Source of the DNA: Amoebophrya sp. A120
Taxonomy: Eukaryota > Protista > Dinoflagellata
Assembly: GCA_905178155.1 (NCBI GenBank)
Contig: CAJINV010000017.1
Location: 984,722-1,048,721 of the forward strand
Direction: 5' to 3'
Length of the DNA: 64,000 bases
Position 1 is the first letter of the stretch; every line of letters starts with the position of its first letter. The notes beneath the pieces were generated by a model. It was not told the DNA's origin. It did no database searches and saw nothing but the letters and a program-made list of their open reading frames with translations. Of this stretch, positions 1-12,300 are shown one piece after another. The translations under genes were made by a program, and so were the position numbers.

Positions 1-1409
1 TCTTGCCACCTATTCGACGACCATCGCCGCCGCCTTTCGATATTCCGCGCGCGCCTTGGGCGCGCTTGTGCTGCCCAGCCCCCTGCGCCGGCCCGCCATT
101 CCTTTGGCCCGGGCCCGCTCTCCGGCTGGCGCCCGTATCGCGCCCCCGCGGGAGCGGGTGGCGTAGGCGGCGGGCCGCGCCCTCTTCGGCCCCGCCCGCA
201 AACTGCCGCGGCGGTACCGGCTTCGTTCCGTAATCACTTGGAACTGTTAGCGCCCGGCGTGGGAGAGTGTCTGCGCAGGGTGATGTCCCCTCGAAGTAGC
301 GGCGGGGGCCGCTTTGGGCGGCGCGGTGCGTGGGTGACAGCCGCCCGCCGCTTGCTTCGCCTGTTTTAGCTTTAGGACCGCCCGGTCGGCGCGCACACAG
401 AGACACGGTGGCGCTGCCCCCCGGCCCCATTGCCTGGTGGTTCGCGAGCCGGCCCCGCCGCGGCTCCATTGATTCTCCCTCATGTTCTTTGTGGCGTGGT
501 GCGCGTTTATTATTTTCCTTGATTCGCCACAGTTGTTGGCACAGCTGTTGAGCATAGTTAGTGTCTGTGTTCTTCTTTATGGAGGTTGGTGCTGCCGCTT
601 CTGGGTCAGCTTGTAGTATTTACTTACTTTTTGTTCATGATGCATTCTTGACAAGTTGTGCAATTCCAAGTTATTGCGCCGCCCCGGCACGGGCATTCAT
701 TGCATCTCGTCAAGGCGATACAGCAAGTTTCATTTTTTTCCGCCAATGTTATAGGAAGTAGAATTTTTATGGTGCAAACCAAAGAACAACCAAGCTAGGT
801 AGCAGGAGCAAAGAAAGGTATAGATATTTGAAAGGAAGTCCAAATCTCGCGGTGGGGCGACCGTCGTTCGCCTCCTAGAACTAGAAGCAGAAGAGTTTCT
901 TGAGTCCTTTTTCTGAGATCGTTAATCATATGTATCAAAGATCACGAGCTCGAGTCGTTCCTGACTGTGATTTTGATGCTATGCATCGTTTTCATTTGAT
1001 TATATGTATATCAATCTGGCTCAGGGTTCCCCCGAAAGCAAAACCCAGCTAGGCTGTATTAGCATGAAAATACAATATAGAAAGTGCGGCTTATAAAAAA
1101 AGAAATCCGCTTCTGACAGAGACAGGAGTAACTATAACTACAGTAGCTAGTTTTAGTTACAAACACGCTTTTTAGAGGACTTCGATAATTCTGAAACTGG
1201 ACGCAGAAGCTCAAGAAGCTACGGCAGTTTTACAGAATGTACGCGCGCAAGCGAAAAACGGCATTTTATGAATACCACTTACTGTTTCTCCTTCTTACAG
1301 ATTTACAACCCGCGTGAACATTTCCAGTGTAATATTTGGTTCGGAATAAAGGATCATTTAAGAAGTGTAACCCAGCACCACCTCCCTCAACGAACACGCT
1401 TCCCCAACC

Positions 1410-4400
1410 ATGACCACCTCACCCCCCACGAACCCGAACCCGCCCGTCACCGCGGCCCCCAAGTCGCCTGTTGCGGAGGAGAAGCTATGCCGCTACTGTT
1501 TTGACGACGAAACCGCCGGTCCGTTGATTGACCCGTGCAACTGCGCCGGCGGGCAGAAATGGGTCCATCTGGAATGTTTGCGGAGGTGGCAACGCACGGT
1601 GCTGGTCACGCAGCCCACCCACCCAGCGTTCTACGACCGCGACCTGCGGCACCAGACGTGCAACGTGTGCAAAGCGGCGTTTACCTGTCCCCCGCCAACC
1701 CGGCACGAATTGATGCAATCCTTCACCGGCGGAGAGCTAGCAGCGCTCATACAGGAAAAGAGCGTTATCGTGTAAGCGATTATGTTTGTCTTTGTTGCTT
1801 TTAATCAAAAATCATCTGGGCTGCACTCGCCGATCGTGTCTTCCTCTTGTCTGTGGAGTTGAAGTTCGAACTTCACTTGAAGAGCCCTTGCCTCAGCATA
1901 CTCAACGTTTCCGTGCTACTAGCATCTTGTGCGTGTTGCTGTGGAGCCTGCTATCTTTTGATGAAAGCGAATGATAATTCTGATCGCACCTCACCACAGC
2001 GCCCACAAGAGCTTTTGCGACGAACTAGAAAAGGAGCTTCGCGGCATCCCGGCGGCGTTACGAGCACGCCTGAATCTCGGCCACGAGCACTGGATCAATG
2101 CCGTGATGCTGATCACGAAGGTGGAAGAGCCGGAGCGGAGCCAGGACATCCCGGTCCCGAGCCGCCACGCCATGATCGGGATGTGCCGTTTGTTGATTGA
2201 CAAAAACGGAAAGCCCTTGTTTCCAGAGCTACAGGCAGGACGCGGGGGCGCACCTCCCGTGATGCCAAACTATTTTGGCGAACTGGAGGACGAATTTGAG
2301 GGCCTACCGGGGGATATAGAGTTTGTAACCGATGAGGAGTCAAGCTCGTCCTCTTCGGATCTTGACGACAGCGAGAACCGTTTTCTCGCACGGTCGGCGA
2401 GAAGGAAAAAGGAGGAGAAGGCTGACGAGAACGGCGGGGAGAAAAATATAGGGAACTCGTCGGGTGTTGAGCAGGAGAAGAGCAAGAGAAGCGCGGACGG
2501 TATAATTAAGGACGCGGCCGGCGCCACCAACAGAGCTGCATCAGCAGCTGGTGACGATGCTAATGCAGCACAAAACGACAATTTTGTTGACCCGCCTGAT
2601 GTTAAGAATACTGGTGCTCCTGTAGTGGCCGCATCGACTTCAAAAGCGGTGGAAAAAAAAAGTATGGAACTGGACGACGTGGACGAGGAGAGCAACCTCA
2701 TGACCGCAGTGAAGGAATTTGAAAAAGACGTCGAATCCGCCGCCGCGGCTGGGGACGAGGAAGACGAGGACGAAGACGGCCCGAGCCCAAAAGCTGCGCG
2801 GACGGATACGGCTAAGGGAGTTGGATCGGCTTCGGGCAGGGTAGCAGGTGGAGCAGCGACGAGAACATCAACAACTTCCAGACAAGACACTAGCGCTGTA
2901 GAAGTGCTCGGGCCGGAATACGGTCCCGCGTTGCCGCCCCACTTGGAACAGCAGGACGTGGAAATGGTGAAAGCGGACGACGAGGAGGGTCAACAGCAAG
3001 TTGTATCGAGCAGCAGCTCGTCATCTTCGGGCAACGCAAAAGCAGACAAGTCAAATCCAACAGCAGGCACAGGAGCTGCAACCTCCTCTGCTTCCGCTTC
3101 TTCATCCAAGAAGCCTCCAAATGATACCAAAACCTCCCCACGTATGGTAAGTCTGATCCCCTCCAGGCCCATGAAGTTTTCCGAGCCGATTTTCGTAAAA
3201 AGACACGCGGGGAACTTCCGTCACCGAGTGGAGTCGATCAATAACATACCGACACATCAAGTGGATTTCAAGGAACTCATTTACGGCGTTGCTGGAGATG
3301 AGAAGGATGTTGACCACATGAATACGAAAAGAGCGGCAGGAGCAGCATCAGTATCAGAAAGTAGCAAAGCGGCCGTCCTCAACTCCTCGTCCTCCTCTTC
3401 CTCCTCCGCCGCATCTTCCCTCACCGCGTTTCCGACAGGCGCCCCGTTCAAGCCGCAGGTGATCAAGTTGCTCCTTGATGAAGACGTGACTTGTGGGGAG
3501 GACCACGTGGTTGCGGTGAACCTCTCCCGGAAACTTCCGCGGCCCATGATTCCGCGAGTTTTCGAAAGGGAACTGAGTAAAGTGCAGTTCAAGAAGGCAA
3601 TTGACAAGGTCACGATTCAGCACTACATCGGCGGGCCTTGCGATGAGGACGAAATCCGGGCGTGTATAATCCTCGGCGGGGTCGGGTGCGGCTGGACGGT
3701 GTTTTCCGGGGAAAACGCGCTCTCTGCTGCCGTGGAAACAGCGTATACTAGGGCGGTGAAGAGAAGTGAGGCGGAGGGCGAGATCCGGGGAGGACAGGTA
3801 TGGATTATTTCATGTGTTTGAGTTGTACTTTTGTCGCGTCCGGCGCGCCAAAAAGAAACGTTGTTTGTCACACGCTCCCTCGGCTTTCATTTTTCCAATG
3901 ATTTTCTCTTGAAGAAACACGAGGAAATCTCATACAAGCCACGACGTCTACAAAGGAAAGCACACCTCAGGTCGTCCGCCTCCAAGGCTTAAAATCGTGT
4001 CCGGAGCTCAACGGTGAGTCTGGAATCGCGCTTCGCTTCCACAGTTCCTCCGGTCGCTGGCTCGTCCGCCTTGCGAATGGCGAAGGCAAGTCTTTGAAGC
4101 CAGAAAACCTGGTATGCGCCGAGAGCAGTGGGTCGGCGGTGACAACCAGGTCGGCCTCGGCCACGTCGTCTTCTAGTAGTTCCTCTTCGAATTGTGCTGT
4201 AGAAGCAGCTGTAGGAGCTACAGCTGCGCAAGCAGGAGCAGTTGCACATGCTGTAGTTGGTGCTGTTGCCGCTGGCGCTGCCGCTAGCGCAACTAATGAA
4301 AAAGGACAGGACGGCGCCGATGCGGTGGTTCCTGCTGATGCCCCCGCAGCCAAAGACGCGGCTCCGGAGGTAAACGCAGATGACGCTGATGTCACTATGA

Positions 4401-4918
4401 CGCCAGCAGATTGTACTTCAGCAACCGCATCCACGATGCTTTCAACTACAACGACTTCAACAGTCACAGAATCTGTCGCATCGACATCCACGAAGATGAC
4501 AAAGGTAGGTACAACAGGAACTGTCGACAAATTGCTATCGCCAACATCGCCCTCAGAAGAAGTAGATCTACAACAGGCAGCTGCAAAACAGCTGTCGCAA
4601 CAACCGAGTTTCAAGCCCGTTATTTTCTGCATTTGGGGAGACGCGCGGTGGTCCCGCACGCAGCTTCTTGGCGAGATTGCGCGGGGTTCTTGGGGCTTGT
4701 GCCACGGGAATGTGAGTGATTTTTCAACCACGGCGGTCGATCGATGGAAGAACACGGAGGGGCGGTGTGTCTACGCACCTCTGTCAGAGATGAGCGAAGA
4801 CTACATGAAGAACGCAGAAAGGGACATGGCCCTGGCCAGGGTGAGAGTGCAAATGCAGCAGCAGAGTGCGGGGGCCCTTGAAAATACAACCGGGAACGAG
4901 GAATCTTCGCAGCAATGA
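1410..4918 (+). CDS. RING-CH (MARCH-type) zinc finger protein with a split DUF179/AlgH-like domain and an SH3-like module; exons 1410-1771, 2000-3797, 3971-4918
   Basis: CRYCFD...PCNCAGGQKWVHLECLRRW...CNVC is a C4HC3 RING-CH pattern. VAVNLSR, HYIGGPC and FCIWGDARWSRTQLLGEIARGSWG match DUF179 motifs. VVRLQGLKSCPELNG...GRWLVRL...LKPENL is the SH3-like module. Two GT-AG introns (1772-1999, 3798-3970) join the three ORFs in frame. Confidence 0.85.
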
Positions 4919-6399
4919 TTGTCAGAATGAGATCTTCATGAGATGCAGAAGATTTTTAAACCGATAAGAACTTAATGGCCTGCCGTCGATGGTTAAACGA
5001 GTTATGAAACAACATCAACATGAACATCCAAAATGAAGACAACAAGAAAAAGTAAGACTCCCTAGTATAATTTTGAACCCTATTCACCTGAATGATGATG
5101 AGATCAGAAGCAACGCGAACACCGCAAGCGCAAGAACACAGACCGACTTTGTACAACTTGAAGTTTCTATAATTTCGTTTTGACATTTGGATCGCAAGAA
5201 AACTCTTCGTCTTGAAGAGCAAACTTCTTTTTCAACACAAGCGACGACTTGTTAAAATTTTTGCTAGCCGGCCGAGCTGGGGCTGACCCAGGAATTCCTG
5301 CGTGTGCAGTTCTTGGGTGGTTTATCATCCGTGCGGAGTCGTGCTGTGTGTGTGCCTCTTCGGTCGTCCTTGAAAATGTCCATGATTTCCTGTCCGTTTT
5401 GTTCTGTTGTTCGGTTTAACGTATTTTATCAAGGTCAATGTCAAACGAACCGTAACTGAAACTCTGTCAGATTCGGTCCGTCTGTTGTGGTCTCGACGGA
5501 TTGAGGAGGCCGCAGGTCTTTATTATCTGTCGCCTTTTTTCATCACGATCTAGCAGCGTGTTTTTTGGTTTTGTCAGGCGGTTTGTGGAATCGGGGTGAT
5601 ACTAGATTAAGTGTAGAGTATCAAGTATCAACGTTCAAAGTGTAACTTACTGAGCTGCTGGTCGTGCGTGGAGAAAAAGTGAAAGGCCGTGTAGTTGCCT
5701 GCGAAGAAACACAAACCGTGCTAGTTCTCTGTCGGCAACTTCTTCATGTCGTTTGCTGTCAGATTGATAGAAAGCACATAGGAAAGTAGGATGCAGATGA
5801 AAGACGATTCAAAACATAAAAGCGGTGGGTTGTGGTCACGAGCACGATGAGTAGAAGTAGTAATGAGCGCGGCGGTAAGACTTCTCAAGCGCGGGAAAAA
5901 ACGTACTAGACGAGTAGGAGTAAGTTCTAGAGCTCTATTCTCTAGTACTACGACGCATACACGGCGGTGGATCCATCCTGTAGAATTTGTATAGCTTTTG
6001 CCTGACTGTGTGTGACAGACCAATCTTACCAGGCTCGTCCAATAGAAGCAACACAAGCAACGTATAAAGAAGAAGAACTTTAAGCTGTCGCAAGAGCTCT
6101 AGCGGGGTGTAGCTCTTCTATGTACTATCTCAGCGGGCAATTATGCAGAAAGAAAAGCAGTCTAGCAAAAAGAAAACAACCTACTTCGACTTCAGGAGTT
6201 TATCATGAGGAAGAACCAAGACGTTGTAAAGATGATGTGCAGGGGCGTCATGCCACAGACCTGGAGGACGGGAAAGAATGTAGTGCAACAAGGTCGACGT
6301 TGTAGCGAGCACCACCAGGGGAATCCTGAGGACGCTCCTTCCGCTATCTGATCATTTCCCCTGCTGTTTATCCTCGTCGGCGCCAAGACCTCTGGCAGC

Positions 6400-9300
6400 A
6401 TGATGGAGTCTGGCAGCCTTGTTATCAACAGTGCGGAAGGGACGCCAGTGGTTTCGGACGAGGATGATGTTGCACCAGAAAACCAGATTCTTCCTGCTCG
6501 GGGTGCGCCATCCATGAAGGCGTCATCTTCCTCTTCGCCTAAGAAGAACGCAGGAGCGGCCGCTACTGGCGGTGGTGAGTCTGAGTTGAAAACTAAGATC
6601 AATCCGCTTCCTTCCACGCCAGCGCCCGCATCCTTCAAATCAGTCGGCGGGCCCACACCAGGAGGCACCAGCTCAGTCCAGCGCACCGCGTCTATGTTGA
6701 AGCTGGGTGCGATGCTGGGCGGATTGAGCGTGAAGAACAAGAAGAATGAGGAAGAGTTTTTTCATCAAAGTCGGTCCAAGTCCGCCTCCGCGCCTTCCCA
6801 CGTTCGTGCAGGAGCTGGTTTTTCTGCCATGCAGTCACTGGTGCTAGCAGAGCCGGGTCATAAAAAACAAAAAGTAGGAAAGGAGCCAAAGAATAAAGCC
6901 GCGTTCGTCGTGGGCAATGACAATGAGAAGAATGACGAGGATGATGATATTAAAGACCCTTCTCGTGGGCAGGATGAACTTGATCCCGAGGTGGACAACG
7001 CGCCGCACCAATCGACCAAGAGTATTCAAAAAAGAAACGGAAGCAAAGACACGATCATGACGGAAATTATACCGCCCAGTCTGGCTGTGTCTTCTGGCGA
7101 AGTAGGCGGTCTTTACGAGGACCAGATGAATCTCGTCTCTCGAAGCAGGCTGCGCTCCGTCACGGAGAGCAAGAGGGGACGACCTTTGGTGCGGGGAGAT
7201 GCTGCAGAAGATGCAACTTCCGAAAATTGTGCAGCTGGAGGACCACGACCAGTGAGTGCTGGGACTGATGGAACAGGACCAGTTGCTGTTGTGTCGTCTT
7301 CTGGAGTTAAGAGAAATGCAGCTGCGCCACACGACAAGGTCAAGGTAGGGCGGCGTGCGCCGCCACCTCCTGCCCCCGTGCCACCTCTCGACGACGACCG
7401 CGAAGCAGGACGAGAAGTTATGGAGCCAGCAGATGAACAAAAAAATCGTGCACAAGAAGGAAACAAAATTGCTCCTGCAGCTGCATCGTCTCGTCCTTCG
7501 TCGCCCGTTGTAGGCACTGCAGCAATAAAGAAGCCAGCGCGCAAGCCAAGGTCTGCAAAGAAGCCCAAAGCCGCGAAGGAACAGCTTCCAGAGCCAGCTG
7601 GTGCGCCAGTAGAACAAGTTGTGCCACTTGCTGCTGAAGAAGATGTTGAGGGAAATAATGTTGTCAACGAGGACGAGCAGCAGATGAACATGAAATACAA
7701 CTCCATCGAGGAGCCACAGGCTGCACAGGATTATCACCAGGCCCTTGTGGTCCCTGCCCCGGGTGGTCAAGTACGACAGGCTTCGGACCAAGAACCTGCC
7801 CCTGCTGCGAAACTACAACTGGCCAATCAACATGGGAAAGCTGCGGCAAAGGCGCCTGCGAAGATGAGAAGGAAGGCGGAACCGCGCACAGTAAATGGGA
7901 AAGTGAACAAGGGGAATTTGGATAGTGGAAAAAATAATGCTGACCAGGAGCACGAGAACGACGAAGTTCCACCCGATGCTGATCATTCTCCACCGTTGAA
8001 AAGGGCGAAAGTGAGAAAAAAGAAAGTAGATAACGAAGAGAATAAATCGGCACCATTGGAAACTTCTACGAAGAACAACATGGCGGATGATATTACAGGG
8101 CTAGCTGTTCTTGCTGTTGGCGAGGACGATGCGGTGATGCAGGAAAGTGAGCGTGCGCCGGACGAAAACAAAAAAGCGAAGCAAATAAACGTAAAGAAGG
8201 CTGGTCCAGCGAAACCAGAACATGATGCCGCAAAAGATGTCGCCGAAGACAAAGCAATTCTAAAGCCGGTGGCGAAGGCGATGAAAATGAAAGCTGCTCC
8301 AGCTGCTCCTGTGGCGAAGCCAAAAGCGAAGGCAAAGACCGAAGCAAAGGCGAAAGCGCAGCAGAAGAAAGACAAGCTGCATCAAGACAAAGAACTAAAC
8401 GAGGGCGCGGGCGGCGAGCAAAATCCTGCTACAGCAGTCGCTCCGATGCAGGTTCACGAAGACGACGCGATCGCGCCGGAAGCTGCTGCTCCTGCTGCTG
8501 CGCCGGAACTTCTCCACCAGCCAAAGACGACAAAAGCGATGAAGGCGTCAAGCTCGTCACCACCTGCCCCTACGAAAATGAGGGCGAAAGCCAAACCGAA
8601 AGCAAAAAGCGGGAGCAATCCACCTGCTGGCGTTGCAGCAGGAGTAGAAGCTGTAGAAGAAGGGCCTGCCCCAGCGCTTATCGTGGCCCCCGTGCGGGGG
8701 ACCAGCGCGAAGCGGGGTACTACGAGTGCGAAGCGGGGGAGCAGTGCCGCGAAGAAGAAAAGTACGGCGAGGACAGAATCTCCTGTAGAAAAAATCAACG
8801 GTGAGAAGTTGGAAGAACATGCACAAATCGAAGATGAACGGAAAGACAAAGAGAAAGAGCATGATATGGCTGTGCCCGCTGCTCCGGAGGTCGGGCGCGA
8901 CGAAAATACAGATGCTTTGAATCAAGTTCCGCCTACTTCTTCCGTTGCAGCAACTGCAGTAGGAGCTTCCACAGCACCAGCTGGATCCACCAGAAGTACA
9001 TCCAAAAATAGAAATACAACCAGCCAGCAGAAAAAGAAGATGAACAAAGCGTGTTCATCTTCTGGAAAGGCTGATGTAGTAGATCACTCAGATGAGGACA
9101 ACCAAAAAAGCGATCTCAAAATAAAACCAGAGACGCTATTGCCGACGGAGAGCGACGACGAAAAGGAGGAACAGGAAGGACATACGAAGGACAAGAGCTG
9201 CGCCAGCCTGACGCAGCTGGCGGCTGCTCTGGCGCCCTGCCCTACGAAGAAGGGTGAAACTACACGAAGAAGTACTGCGAAGAATAAGCAGGTGGAGATG

Positions 9301-12300
9301 CAGAAGGGGAAGCCCGCCGCAACTGGAGGAGAAAACGATGGCGCAGAAGATCATCGCGAAGCCGATCATCTCACGAATATGATGGACGTGCAAGAAGTGG
9401 AGCAGGATCTAGATGACCATAGGGAGCAAGACCATGACGTCGGAGAAAAGAATGAAACAACGGGTGCGGACCACGCCACGGCTCTCGCGCCAGACGAGGT
9501 ACAGAATCAGGCGGGCAAGAAGGGCGGAAATAAAGCACCAGCAGGTTGTCCTACGAAGATCATGGGCAAGAAAGTTATCAGCGCAAAGCTCGACAGCCTG
9601 GCTCTAGGAAAAATTGCGAAGCAAAACTCTAACTCTTCGTCTACTTCTAGTTCAAAAAGGGCTGCCGCTGCAAAAAAGATGAGTAGCAGTAAGAAGCAGG
9701 CTGCGAAAGCAGTGGTAAAAAGTGGTGCAAAAAAGCAAGAAACAAAGAAGCAGGCACAGATCGACCAAAAAGAAGAAGAAGACCCTCCTGCTGCGGAGCC
9801 ATTACAACAAAATGAAAAGAAAAAGAAAAAGAACTGTGGACCAGCATTCCCCACAGTTTTCGTTGAAGGCCTTGACAGCAAAATCATGATCGACCGTTGC
9901 GACTGCGCCGACGCCGATGGGGTCGTGCAGGCTACGATTTTGAAGGCAGCCATCGAGCCGTTTCGCTTTCACACGGAAGAGTACACGACCGTCGCGCCAA
10001 GAAAAGGACAACACAAGGGCAAAACACGCACATTCACCAAAGCAACGTTAGACTTCGAGCACTTCCGCAATTACAACAAGTTCCAATCTTGCTTAAAACA
10101 CGCCAGAGTATTTCTCGAAGAGCACGTGGAAGTGGAAAAGTTGGAAATTGATCGTGCGACCGGGGTGATCTTTGGGTTTTCTATTACGGGTAGGAAAATT
10201 GGCCCGGCCCGACAGCTCCACAGCAACTACCAGCTGTGGAAGAGAACGAATCGAGCAGGCTCGGGGAAGCTCGCAAAAAACAAAAAGGACCAAGAAGAAA
10301 ACGGGAATAAAGCGGGAGCTGCTGGTAGCAAAGTGTCAGAAAGCAACAAGGAGGAACAGAAAGGTCTCGATCGTGGTCATGAACAAGAGCCGAAGAACGA
10401 CGGAAATGATCCAGACATCGAAATGAGCAACGATTTCGACCATCTACAACAAGAAGGAGAAGAACTGAAGGCGAAGAAAAAGGCTTTGAATTTGAAGCCA
10501 CGAAAAATAAAAGAGAGCAACTTCAACAAGCAGAACCAGAAGCTGAAGCTTCGCTACAGGATGAAACGCTTCCAAGGCCCGTACATGCGTGCAAAAGAGA
10601 AATTCGAAGGGGATCCAGGCCAGCACTTCGAACCCTGCGGCCACTCCAAGACGAACCACAGTCATCCTCTGGAAGAAATGCTCGACTGCATCTTTTTACT
10701 CGGGGCTGACGAGAGGGTAGAAGATTTCCAGAATGAGTTCCTTGACTTTCCGAACTTTTTCAGAACAAAAACCCGGGCTACGTTGGGAGACATGCAACGG
10801 ACCGGGGTGGATTTAAGGTGTCTCGCTAGGCCGGATACCTGGGAAGGGCCGGGGTTCGATAGAGGTCCGGTTAGCCATCAGGTCGTTGGCACCACCAGCC
10901 AGCAAATTTTGGGTGACTCGCGGCAGAACAAGAAGATCATGACGACAACGGATAGAGACAAGGACGTTCTGTCAGCGATCCAGGAAGAGCGGAGTAAGGA
11001 AGAATATGAACTGTTTGGGTCGCCGATCCCTCCAAGAAGACCTACAAGTTTTACATCCACCAACAAGAACTTTCCCAACGGAAGTAACGATATGATCGGG
11101 GGCAAGGATACGAAGGAAGCGGGGGCGACGCGATTCAGGCCCGAAAACGCCGAAGATGGTCAGGACCGCACGCCGCGGGACAGAGAAAAGAATGAATTGC
11201 AGCAGAGTGATCCGGTATCTGGATTTGCTTTTTTCAGGATCATCTACTCACAAGAACAGCAGCTGCAATTTCATGTCTTTTTAAATGCGCATTTGCTGCT
11301 ATAATTCTTTGGCTACGATCGCGAAAGTTTTTTTTTGGGTTTGAAACCAACACCAATGGAATGTGTCCGAACGAATACGTTTTTTTTTTGAAATGAATCA
11401 GATTGCTTTCGAGCTTTTCCTTATCGACTGTGACGACCTGCGGCTTCGGACGATCCAATTCTACAACTACCCACTCCGGCCAGATATGCAACTTGACATC
11501 CACATGCACATTGTGGCATGATGAAATAAGATTTCGAGGCAATCCGCGTCAATGCAAATTTTCTGCAGCTGCGGCTGCAACTGCGGGTGATGCATGAGTG
11601 CAACTACTTGTGATCGTAGGTAAGTAGATCCTACCTAGAACTACATCGACTTCTCTTTATGGCGGGATTTTTTTGATGCGCAACTGCACAGAGCCAGCAG
11701 AGGCTAGGTCATGGCATTGGCTTGTTGCAAGAAACTGTTTATTATTTCCCGCGCCACCCACAACTTGTCATGTTTTCGTTTTCCATCGATTCCCCCCGAG
11801 CTCTTCAAAGGAAAACTTCTCGGCGCAGCGACGCACGGGCCCGAGCTCGACTACGTTCTCGCTGCGGACGGGGATGGGGTAGACGCCGCAGGCATCGGCA
11901 ACAGTCCGGGACCGGGAAAAGAGGAACCTATGGATGTGTCAGAGTTGAAATCGACAAAGTTGAAATAATTTGTCGTGCATAAAATGCATGACCCGAGGCA
12001 CGTGCGTTGCAGAGCAGGCAAGTGGGGCCGATGAGTTTGGACGTGCCCGGGGATGATGGTGATGGCTTCGGTCCGCTTGACTCCGCGACCTGGTGGCCGA
12101 ACCACGTGCGGTTCGGTGCCCTTACGGGTTGTGTAGTGGTTTCGGTCGGTTTAGCATTACAAATTATTTCAACTTTGACGATTTCAAACCTGACGCTTCC
12201 ATAGAACCTGGCAGCTTCTTAGACGATTCCGAAAACGAGATGGATATTGACGCAAATCCAAATGCGAAGAACAAAAAGAACGACAAGAAAAGTACAGAGG

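Noticed and set aside
1-560. GC-rich stretch at the window start as a gene or element end
   Set aside because: No credible ORF and no partner repeat inside the window; cannot be classified.
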